Shown here: positions 12,466 to 23,013 of the stretch, one piece after another
Numbering within the stretch: the stretch's first letter is position 1
Layout: every line of letters starts with the position of its first letter
From: Octopus bimaculoides
Lineage: Eukaryota
Direction of reading: 5' to 3'
DNA: 33,948 bases
NCBI RefSeq assembly: GCF_001194135.2
Contig: NC_068997.1
Span: 45,441,398-45,475,345 of the forward strand
Translations under genes and position numbers: made by a program
Notes under the pieces: generated by a model
What the model saw: only the letters and a program-made list of their open reading frames with translations
What the model was told of the DNA's origin: nothing
The model's database searches: none

Positions 12466-12633
12466 AACGACATTTCATCAGTCTTTATTTTCCGAGTTCA
12501 AATTCCGCCGAGGTCGATTTTGCTGTTCATCCTTTCAGGATTGATGAAATAAATACCAGTTACGCACTGGAGTCGATGTAATCGATTTACCTGCTCCCTT
12601 GAAATTGCTGGCTTTGTGCCAAAATGTGAAATC
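12466..12633 (+). mobile_element. SINE family B body (its head is probably beyond the family A insertion, in the gap)
   Basis: B-box GAGTTCAAATTCC, then gaggtcga...tcatcctttc...aataaataccag...ctggagtcgatgtaatcga...aaattgctggctttgtgccaaaat. Confidence 0.82.
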
Positions 12634-12653
12634 AATTTTATATATGTCAAAAT

Positions 12654-12706
12654 AAGGCAGAGAGCTAGAAGAATCAGTTAGTATATTGGGCAAAATGCTT
12701 AGCGGC
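12654..12706 (+). mobile_element. SINE family B head fragment
   Basis: aaggcagagagctagaagaatcagttag...gggcaaaatgcttagcggc resembles the reverse complement of 11850-11884. Confidence 0.6.
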
Positions 12707-12839
12707 TATAAAATAAGCACAACAAAATGGGATGGCCATGGTTGGACCACTTGATGTGTAGGTTTATGTGTTAAATTGTGGCTCATTGAGACTGGTTTTT
12801 GCTACTACAACTTTAGCCACAACATCTAGCATGGCTAAC

Positions 12840-13060
12840 CAACTAGCACCACTAATACTACTACTACTACTACTACTAGCACTGCCATCAAGACCACCAC
12901 TATTACAACCATCTGTAACAGTACCACTAACACCGCCACCACTAGCACTTCCACTACCCCTACCACAACAACCACTGCCGCCACCGCCACCACCATTGCT
13001 AGTATCACTACTACCACTATAGCAACAATAACTACCTACCGTTACTCACCACTGCCAGTA
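12840..13060. repeat. Degenerate (ACT/ACC)n trinucleotide tract
   Basis: Read directly from the sequence. Confidence 0.85.
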
Positions 13061-14305
13061 CCAGCCTCTTCTAGCATTATTCACCTCAAAGACTTCACTT
13101 ATTCTTGAAGTGTGACATCTGTTTTTTGAGTTAAGGTGGCAGTTGTGTGTGTGTGTGTGTGTTACAAGACACACATTACTATCACAGTATAGCACATACA
13201 TACACACACACACACACTATCATATTATAGTGCATGTGCACACTTGTATATACACACACATATACAGTGCCAGAAGTATATATATATACATTGATAAACA
13301 CTAACAAACACATACATAGAAATACACTAATGCACTCACACACCCAATATATAGACACACTAATATATAGACATACAAACGCCAAAATACACACACACAC
13401 ACACACACACCCATACACTCACAAACTATTATGAACAAACATACGTTGACATATGCTAACGCATACAAACACCAGAATACACACACATCCACACAGACAC
13501 ACAGTTACAGATGTATATACACACATATATACATATACACATATATACATACATGAATACATACACTTTTATTCTCACCCAGAAATTGTTCATTCAGGGA
13601 CTGGCTTACACAGTCTGGCTCTGTCCTGACAAAAAGAGAAAGTCACTAACATACACACACACACATAAACACACATACACACACACACACACATACATAC
13701 ATAAACACACATAACTGGCTCATTGGTATAATAAGGGGACCACTGGACAGTTCTGTACTGTCCTGAAAAAAACACAAAAATCATAAACACACACCACAAA
13801 TGCTCCTATGTAGATGGATACACGCACACACGCACACACACACACACACACACACGTACGCATACACTGGTTGTTCCTACAGGCACATACAAAGAGAGTC
13901 TTTACAGTTGCTCTCTTACCTGACACACACACACACACACATGTGACTTCTACCAACTTCCAAAATGGTGGGTGGATTAGGTAGGTGACATATGAGAGAG
14001 AAAGGTGGAGGAGATGAGACATTATAACCAACACACACACACTTTCTCTCTTGTTCCTCCTCCTCCCATTACCACTAGGTGACTTGTGTGTGTGTGTGTG
14101 TGTGTGTGTACCTCCTCTTTCTCTTACCTGATATATATATATGTGTGTATATATATATATATACTTCTCCCACTACTCATTCTGTCACCACCACTGCTGT
14201 CCCATCTCCATCTCCCTGTGACTACAAGCTCCAGCATCTTTTCCTCTACTTCTCTACTCTGACTCCCACTCCCTCTCTCTGTATGTTCATGTGTAAGCGT
14301 ATGCA

Positions 14306-14376
<71 letters not shown>

Positions 14377-15045
14377 TACCCTGCTTGTCTTTTCTGTATC
14401 ACCTCTTTTCTCATCCTCTAACCCTGCTTTCATACCTAACCTGCTTNNNNNNNNNNNNNNNNNNNNNNNNNNNNNNNNNNNNNNNNNNNNNNNNNNNNNN
14501 NNNNNNNNNNNNNNNNNNNNNNNNNNNNNNNNNNNNNNNNNNNNNNNNNNNNNNNNNNNNNNNNNNNNNNNNNNNNNNNNNNNNNNNNNNNNNNNNNNNN
14601 NNNNNNNNNNNNNNNNNNNNNNNNNNNNNNNNNNNNNNNNNNNNNNNNNNNNNNNNNNNNNNNNNNNNNNNNNNNNNNNNNNNNNNNNNNNNNNNNNNNN
14701 NNNNNNNNNNNNNNNNNNNNNNNNNNNNNNNNNNNNNNNNNNNNNNNNNNNNNNNNNNNNNNNNNNNNNNNNNNNNNNNNNNNNNNNNNNNNNNNNNNNN
14801 NNNNNNNNNNNNNNNNNNNNNNNNNNNNNNNNNNNNNNNNNNNNNNNNNNNNNNNNNNNNNNNNNNNNNNNNNNNNNNNNNNNNNNNNNNNNNNNNNNNN
14901 NNNNNNNNNNNNNNNNNNNNNNNNNNNNNNNNNNNNNNNNNNNNNNNNNNNNNNNNNNNNNNNNNNNNNNNNNNNNNNNNNNNNNNNNNNNNNNNNNNNN
15001 NNNNNNNNNNNNNNNNNNNNNNNNNNCACAGACACACCAAAGAAC

Positions 15046-15599
15046 TGCTGTTGCTACCCACCCGCCACCACCTACAACAACAACAACAACAACAAGGACA
15101 ACACCAATAAGTCCTTTTATTCTATGTAATTGGCACTTCAGACTCTGTCTCACAACATCACACCATTATTATTACTATCATTATACACACTGCCATTCTA
15201 ATATCTAACTCTGACTGCCACCACCACCACCACTGCTAGTGCTACTACTACATACTAGACTACAGGAACAAGTCTCTGTACTTATTACACATAACCACTG
15301 ACACCACCACCACCACCACCNNNNNNNNNNTGCTGTTGCTACCCACCCGCCACCACCTACAACAACAACAACAACAACAACAACAAGGACAACACCAATA
15401 AGTCCTTTTATTCTGTGTAATTGGCACTTCAGACTCTGTCTCACAACATCACACCATTATTATTATTATTATTATTATACACACTGCCATTCTAATATCT
15501 AACTCTGACTGCCACCACCACCACCACTGCTAGTGCTACTACTACATACTAGACTACAGGAACAAGTCTCTGTACTTATTACACATAACCACTGACACC

Positions 15600-15614
<15 letters not shown>
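15046..15614. other. Direct duplication of about 275 bp across a 10-N gap (15046-15320 vs 15331-15614), probably an assembly or haplotype artefact
   Basis: The copies differ only by microsatellite lengths and a few substitutions (for example A15124 vs G15415). Confidence 0.8.
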
Positions 15615-15633
<19 letters not shown>

Positions 15634-16788
15634 TCACTATCTCTTCTCACTGTCCCATGTACACACACATACACATACACACATATATGTATACCTGGTG
15701 TTAATCAAGACCACTACTTCACTTCATCACCACGACCACCACCACTGCTAGCATCATCAGCATTATCAACAACATCACTATACCACTTCTCTCCCTGCTG
15801 TCTGCTCACACACACACACACACACACACACACTTACCTGGTCTTAATTAAGACCACTATTTTCAAACTTACCATTACCAGTTGCAAAGACACACTTTAG
15901 GGGAACTTCTTAGGTGGTCACTCAATTTGCTAAAAATAGCAGCAGCCAACCAAAATCTTTCTGTTTTTCTCTCTCTCTCTCTCATGTCATATTCTACCTT
16001 CTTTAACCAAAGAAAAAAAAAGGGGGGAAGAAAGATACAAGTCTTTTACCAAACACCTACCTACTCCATTCCATACCCTCCCACCTCCAAGAATTGACAG
16101 GATGGTTATGCTTAGAATACCTCCAATCACAGACTTGCTTGGTGGAAAGGGGGCTTGACTTGGGAGTTTAGCAATAACAAAAATATTAGGAGCTCAGACT
16201 AACTTTTATACTGTATACACCATCACCACCACCACCATCAGATTCCCCACCAACACCTCTGTCATCATCAGTAACAGCAGCAGCATTTTCACACAGTTTC
16301 TCTAAGAGCCCCTTTTCTCATTATACACCACCACCACCATCATCACCATCATCAATGTTATTATCATCACACACCTTGACAAAGGCAGCCGCCTCCTCCT
16401 CCTCCACCATCGCCATCGCCACTAGCATGGTCTCAACATCCGTTTATCATCTCACACCTTCACTTTAAGGTTTCGCTTCTTCTAGGCAACACATCATCAC
16501 TTACCCAGTGTTAGCTTGAGGTAAGGACACAGGAACAACACAAAGAACAACAACAACAACAACAACAGCTACTACAACAACCTGTGTGCCTGGTCCCTAA
16601 ACAAGACCCCTTCCTCTCCCAACACCTGGTTTTTTTTTTGGTGGATTTAAAATTTTTTTTTTTTGGTTTTTCTACTCCTGGTTTGTCTTCCATTATTATT
16701 TTTTTTTCTCTTTTGCTAACGATGATTCTTGAACGTCTTCAGAATGATGACCTTCTCTTTGACTGGGTCCAATTCCTTCTCTATTCAG

Positions 16789-16801
16789 ACGCTAACAACA
16801 A

Positions 16802-16832
<31 letters not shown>

Positions 16833-17139
16833 AATATCAAGAAAGGTGCAACATCATCATCATCATCATCCACAACAACAACAGTAGCAGATACGACGAC
16901 CACAGCAATAACAACAACAACAACAACAACAACAAAGGATGGAGATGATGCTGGTGGTGGTGGCGGCGGTGGCGGAGGAGGAGGAGGAGGAGGAGGAGAG
17001 GAAGAAGAAGAAGAACAGAAGAAAAAGAAGGAGGTGTTGGAGGAGGAGGAGAATATTGAGGAGTACCTTAACAGAAGTGACACTGCTGTCATTTACCCGC
17101 AGCCTGTCAGCGAACCAGATGAGGAAGATGACACCGGAG
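16789..17139 (+). CDS. ZEB2: ZEB/Zfh1 internal coding exon (phase 1-1, 351 bp) with low-complexity N/S/T/G/E tracts followed by the conserved IEEYLNRSDTAVIYP motif
   Basis: Acceptor ttccttctctattcag|AC at 16788/16789 and donor GGAG|gtaaat at 17139/17140. No stop in frame. The peptide NIEEYLNRSDTAVIYPQP matches the vertebrate ZEB2 segment SIEEYLQRSDTAIIYPEA as I recall it. The donor phase matches the acceptor at 30868. The symbol denotes the single invertebrate ZEB1/ZEB2/zfh1 orthologue. Confidence 0.88.
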
Positions 17140-17159
17140 GTAAATATCTACCCATCTTC

Positions 17160-17208
17160 TTGCTTGCTACCCATCTATCCATCTATCTCTCTGCTTGTCT
17201 ATCTATTG

Positions 17209-17241
<33 letters not shown>

Positions 17242-17557
17242 CCTACCTATCAGTAGATAGGTACAGCGTAATCCGTGGGCAAATAGTCCAGAATGAAAAA
17301 AGGTAGAGTCCAGAAGTTCGTGTGTGATGAGTAGAGACAGGATTAGCTGGTGACCTACCTACCTATCAATCTATCTATCTATCTATCTATCTATCTATAT
17401 ATANNNNNNNNNNNNNNNNNNNTATCTGTCTATCTATCTACCTATCTATCTATTTATCTACCTACCTATCTATCTATCAATCTATCTATCTATCTATCTA
17501 TCTATGTACCTACCTATCTACCTATCAATCTATCTATCTATCTATCTATCTATGTAC

Positions 17558-17590
<33 letters not shown>

Positions 17591-17690
17591 AATCTATCTA
17601 TATCTATCTATCTATCTACCTACCTACCTACCTACCTACCTACCTACCTACCTACCAATCTACCTGTCTATCTATCTTTCTGTCAGTATA
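17160..17690. repeat. (TCTA)n/(TACC)n tetranucleotide tract just downstream of the small exon
   Basis: Read directly from the sequence. Confidence 0.9.
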
Positions 17691-17857
17691 TCCATGTGTC
17701 TCAACTGAAATGCTCATCATCAAAAGTGATGGGGGTCACATTTAATTCTTTATTTATTTACGTATCTTTATTCAGGAACTTATCGACCTTTTTATCCATC
17801 TATCAATCCATCTATCAATCTATCTATTCTCATGGTTCCTCATGGTTCCACTGAACC

Positions 17858-18035
17858 AAACCTCATGGTTCCGGGTTCAGTTCCACTGCATGGCACCTTC
17901 AGTAACTGTTTGGGTGGCTGGGTGTTAAACTGGATATTAACTGTGTCTTCTACTATAGCCCCTGGCTGACCAAAGCCTCATGAGTGGATTTGGTAGATGG
18001 AAACTGAAAGAAGTCAGTCGTGTGTGTGTGTGTGT
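17858..18035 (+). mobile_element. SINE family A, 5' portion with an internal insertion of about 35 bp
   Basis: catggttccgggttcagttccactgcatggcacc...gtgtcttctactatagcc...gaccaaagcc...gagtggatttggtagatggaaactgaaagaag, followed by (TG)n. Confidence 0.8.
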
Positions 18036-18711
18036 GGTGTGTCTTTATAGTTGTTTACGTTTTCATAACTAAGCAAAACCATAACTACAGTTTCATGCCC
18101 CATCCTCGACTTCCTTTATTCATAGATTTCTTTAAAATACATTACAGATTTTAAGTGATATTTTGCAGAAATATTGTTTTCTAAAATGCTATATATATGT
18201 GTGTATATATATCTAGGGTGTAGTTTATGTTAAGTTCATATTACAAACAGAAAAAGAAAGAAAAAAAAATGACATGCGGTAAATTCTAAAGTTACGGTAA
18301 TTTATAACAAAACCAGAGCAAGATTGTGAACAATCAGAAATTTCTCTTCAAATTGTTTTCCTAAATTTTTCCCAACTCAATCATAATCTACACACTCCAA
18401 AATATATTGCTGCAAAAGTTTAATTAAAATCAAAATGCATTTTTGATGTGGGGGCACTAAACTGTAATTATGCCTTGTGATTATGTTTGCGTATACACAT
18501 ACATATATGTATTTCTCTCTGACTGGCCTGTTTCTCTTGTAACACTGCTGTTTGTTATTAAGTTCTGTGGTTGAAGAGAACTTTCTCTATAGCCATTTTG
18601 CTTTCAGCTGAAGTAAATATATCTAGGGTTACATTATCCAATGTGCCATTTGTTGGTTGAGGCAGTATTTAGCTGCTGGATTTAGCATGTTGAATGTCTC
18701 TTAGTACCCCG

Positions 18712-18773
<62 letters not shown>

Positions 18774-19297
18774 CAAAGAATATATATACATGTATACACA
18801 CATATATGTACATACTTACATCTACATGTGTATATATATGCATATCAGGGTACAGGACGTTAGAACAATAAACTACAGACAACGGAACGAACACATAGGA
18901 AAACGGAAAGCCACTTGGAATATNNNNNNNNNNNNNNNNNNNNNNNNNNNNNNNNNNNNNNNNNNNNNNNNNNNNNNNNNNNNNNNNNNNNNNNNNNNNN
19001 NNNNNNNNNNNNNNNNNNNNNNNNNNNNNNNNNNNNNNNNNNNNNNNNNNNNNNNNNNNNNNNNNNNNNNNNNNNNNNNNNNNNNNNNNNNNNNNNNNNN
19101 NNNNNNNNNNNNNNNNNNNNNNNNNNNNNNNNNNNNNNNNNNNNNNNNNNNNNNNNNNNNNNNNNNNNNNNNNNNNNNNNNNNNNNNNNNNNNNNNNNNN
19201 NNNNNNNNNNNNNNNNNNNNNNNNNNNNNNNNNNNNNNNNNNNNNNNNNNNNNNNNNNNNNNNNNNNNNNNNNNNNNNNNNNNNNNNNNNNNNNNNN

Positions 19298-19328
<31 letters not shown>

Positions 19329-19385
19329 TTGATGTGATTTTGGTGGTAACAGCCTATCTGTTGTGTCCATTCTGATGTTGATATG

Positions 19386-19418
<33 letters not shown>

Positions 19419-19683
19419 GGCTCTAAGTGGATGTGTGTATGTGTTGTATGTTGTTGTTTGGCCCATGTGCTGCTGTTTATATTTTTATTGTGCACATGTT
19501 TGTTATTTACCACATGTGTCTTATACATGAACATAAGTGCATATTTGCATGGCCATGACTAATGATTGAAACAAGCAAAAGATAAAAATCAGATGGTGTG
19601 GGTGGGTGTTTGTGTGTGTAGCCTAAGCCACCATATTTTTGTTATATTTATTACAAGCTGAACCACACAGCACGGTAAATAAT

Positions 19684-19890
19684 GGTTTCCAACATTGTCA
19701 CGAGGCCACAAATTTGACGTGATGGAGTACAGTTGGGGGTGGGGGGGGTGTCATTTAACTCAAACCCCCTTCCCTGTATTTCACTGGTGCTTTGTCTTAT
19801 CAGTCCCAGAAGGGTTAAAATGCAAAGTTGTCTTCATCAGGGTTTGAACCCAGAAATGTAAAGAACTGCAGCTATTTCGTCTGTCATCCA
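19684..19890 (-). mobile_element. Highly decayed SINE family B-like remnant
   Basis: Weak collinear similarity (gcaaagttg...gggtttgaacccagaa...gctatttcgtc). Confidence 0.4.
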
Positions 19891-20049
19891 ATGGATTATC
19901 AGTTGATAATGTTATTGTCATCGTCAGCATGAGCTTCATCTGCAGCAGCAGTGGTGGTGGTGGTGGTGGTGGTGGTGGTGTTGTCATCGTCAGCAGCAGC
20001 ACTGCCATCGCTGTTGTTTACCTCGTTACCATTCATCAGTATTGTTCTT

Positions 20050-20225
20050 GTTGTCATCATCATCCTCATCATCATCATCATCATCATCATCGCCATTATA
20101 ATTATCATCATCATCATCATCATCATAATCCTCATCAACATCATCATCACCATCATCATCATCATCATCAACATCATTATCATCATCATCATCATCATCA
20201 TAATCATCATCATCATCCTCATCAT
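20050..20225. repeat. (CAT)n trinucleotide tract
   Basis: Read directly from the sequence; it produces the spurious poly-H, poly-M and poly-I ORFs. Confidence 0.92.
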
Positions 20226-20922
20226 TTATGTATATTTATTTGCTTGTGTGTGTGTGTGTGTGTGGATGGGCGTAAGCTTTATGCGTTCATATGTTTATCT
20301 GCAATGTATTTCTGTGTACACGTGTATGACTTGGTGTTTTTTTCGTGTAAGTACACGTTCGTGCACGAGTGTGTATACGCGCTTCTGTTTACATTTAGGA
20401 TACAAGTATTTTTGTATGTGTATATATTTGCATTTCTCCTCTATAGTTTTGCCTGTGTGTCTGTCTATGTATGTATTTGTGTAATCGCTTACTTGTGTAT
20501 GTCTGTTTATATTTGGTTTTTTTTACTGCATGCATTTTTAAAAATTCCATGGCTGTGTTTACATGTGCCTTGTGTGTGTATGCGCGTGTGTGTGTGTGTG
20601 TATCTTGAATTTATTATGTCTAATCATGTATGTTTACTGTGTGTACATATGTCTGTGTCTATTTTCTACACCTTTGTCTATTCTTCTAGATATAATCTGT
20701 ATACATTTGTGTATCTGCATGTATGTGTATCTCTCTTTATATGTGTGTGTGTGTGTGTGTATATATATGTATGTATTCTTCCAAATATTCTGTTTGTGTG
20801 TTTACCTGTGTGTGTTTGTATGTCTGTGCCTACTTACCTGAAAATATCTTTGCATAATGTATTTACTTATGCCTGTTCTCTTAACTATGATCTGTGTGTA
20901 TGTATGTGTGTGTGTGTGTATG

Positions 20923-20954
<32 letters not shown>

Positions 20955-20975
20955 TTCTTCTGAGAATGTTTGGAG

Positions 20976-21239
20976 CAGTGTTTCTCAACCCTTTTTTTTT
21001 TTTCACCTACAGACCCCTTTTGGTTCCTCTTTTCCTCAGATGTTCCCTAGCCATTCAATGTTTAAAAATTCCCATTATATGTATTTTTTATAAGAAAATA
21101 TTATCAGTATTCATATAAAAGAAAATCATTAAAAATTTTTGTGTATTGTAAAAATACAATCAATTAAACAAATTTTATCACAACAGAACCTTACATGGAC
21201 CCCAAAGGATCATATACAGATTCCGGTTAAGAACTACTA
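20976..21239. mobile_element. Possible hAT/Charlie-like MITE
   Basis: Left end CAGTGTTTCTCAACC; right end GGTTAAGAACTACTA (11/15 inverted match); subterminal gacccc motifs; no clear 8-bp TSD. Confidence 0.45.
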
Positions 21240-21540
21240 AGCTAAGGGGTTTTTATGATGGATGGATGTGTTTATATGTGTGTGTTTATTAATCAGGGTA
21301 GTTGATAGTCTGTACCTTTTTTTTGTATCTCTTGTCTTCATCTCTGTATAATTCCTGTGTCTGATATATGTCTGTGTGTCTGCATGCCTATTATTCAACA
21401 AGGTATATTAATCTATGTATACAATACCTGTATATATACCTGTCTACATCTGTGTGTATGTGCTTGCATAAGAACCCTATAACTACTCTTATCGACCAGT
21501 CTGTCGTCGTTGTTGTTGTTGCTTTCACTGTTTACCCGTT

Positions 21541-22082
21541 TACCTGTAATCACTATCACCTTGATTAATATCGGTTCACTGATGGTCCATTGATTGAGTT
21601 ATTTATTGGTTTATTTCTTACATACAAATTTACCTGTCTTATGAGTGATTATGTGCTCATTAACTTAGCCATTTAATGACAGGTGACTTAGTTACTTTTA
21701 ATTAAGTATCTGTTAATGGTTTAACCTAAAGCATCCAATTACCTCTCTCGTTATCTGTCACCTGGTAATTGTGCTTGTTACCTGGTAGTTACAACTGTTA
21801 CTTGGAATTTACACCTGATACATAATGGTTCTGCATTACCTATCTCTTTACCTGTTACCTGATAGTTACCTCTTGTTACTTGGTAATTTCAGATATTACC
21901 TGATAGCTGCAACTGTTACTTGGAATTTACACGTGATAACATGAAAGTTATGCATTACCTATCTCGTTTCCTGTTACCTTTGTTACTTGGTAATTGCACC
22001 TGTTACCTAATTACACCTGTCTTATTACTTGTTAACAAGTTACATCTGTCTCAATGGATTGATTGCTCAGCTATTATACCTG
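21541..22082. repeat. Degenerate TTACCTG/CACCTG-rich repeat region with an internal duplication of about 118 bp
   Basis: 21781-21898 is similar to 21899-22000; 12 YACCTG/CAGGTG hexamers. Confidence 0.8.
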
Positions 22083-22574
22083 TCAGGGCATTTCCAACAG
22101 GGTGAGTGACGATAGGGAGTATCTGTAACTCAGCATGGAACAAATATAACAAAAGACCACTGATGTTTACATCATTCATCCCAGTGTTTACATCCTTCAT
22201 TCGGCAAAAGATAGAAACTATCAGAACCCTTTGTGTGTGTGTGTGCTATTTGTCACATTCTTCTGTCGGAGCAATGAGGGCCACCCAGTCGTCCTTAAGG
22301 ATGCCTGACAACTTAAGGTTTTCTCCATGACCATTTTCTGTCCAGTGGCAAGACCAAGTCCAGACAACTGGTGATAGAGATGGATGCAGTGGCTGTCCAA
22401 GATCTCCTGCTTGCCTCGTTTCCTCATCTTACTCGCTCTGCATTCTACACAACTCATTATTGCAGCTACCTTCCTCTCTGTTGAACCATGAAGGTTTTTC
22501 CCTTGCACAGTCTACCGGACCCTGTCTTCACGTGCACAGGTCAGCAAGCTATTAGTGTCATATGAAAATATATA

Positions 22575-22701
22575 CAGGGTGTCCACAAGGTCTGGGTACA
22601 TGGAGTAAATAAAATCATAACATAAACAATTAAATACAGGAAATAATAATTTCTTAAAATACGTGTTAATCCCCTTGTACCCAGACTTTGTGGACACCCT
22701 G
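22575..22701. mobile_element. Tc1/mariner-type MITE, 127 bp
   Basis: 26-bp TIRs CAGGGTGTCCACAA(G/A)GTCTGGGTACA (25/26 match; 22575-22600 and 22676-22701), a TA dinucleotide on both sides, and an AT-rich non-coding interior. Confidence 0.88.
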
Positions 22702-22705
22702 TAGA

Positions 22706-23013
22706 TTTATACCCCATTGGTTACAATGATAAGGGTTCCATCTGATCGACAGAACAGCCTGTTTGTGAAATTAACATGCAAGTGGATGGGTACTCAACAG
22801 ACACATGTACCCTTAACATAACCCTCAGGGAGATTCAGAATTATACAGTGTGACAAAGCTGACCATTTGAAATATAGGTACTACTTATTTTTGACAGCTG
22901 AGTGAACTGGGGCAATGTGAAATAAAGTGTCTTGCTCAAGGACACAATGTGCTCCTAGGTATTGAACTCGTGGTCTTATGATGGTAAGCCAAACACCCTA
23001 ACCATGTAGCCAC
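22706..23013 (-). mobile_element. SINE family D: shares its head with family C but has a different 3' body
   Basis: 22882-23013 is the reverse complement of 26669-26811 (cagctgagtgaactggggcaatgtgaaataaagtgtcttgctcaagg...ggtattgaactc...ccctaacca). The 3' boundary is approximate. Confidence 0.7.

Noticed and set aside
16584-16788. 5' part of the 240-aa ORF as coding sequence
   Set aside because: Poly-T rich, contains a ctaac branch-like motif and ends in a clear acceptor, so it is intronic.
16939-17256. Arg/Glu-rich alternative-frame ORF overlapping the small exon
   Set aside because: A by-product of GGA/GAA repeats; if spliced to the next exon it stops after two codons (ATT CTG TGA).
19781-20963. 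Poly-His, poly-Met and poly-Ile ORFs
   Set aside because: Translations of (CAT)n, (GGT)n and (TG)n repeats with no splice or domain support.
22200-22545. Possible decayed LINE fragment (also 23100-23370 and 10740-10960)
   Set aside because: Complex non-repetitive-looking sequence with no second copy in the window and no recognisable RT or endonuclease motif; cannot be supported without a database search.
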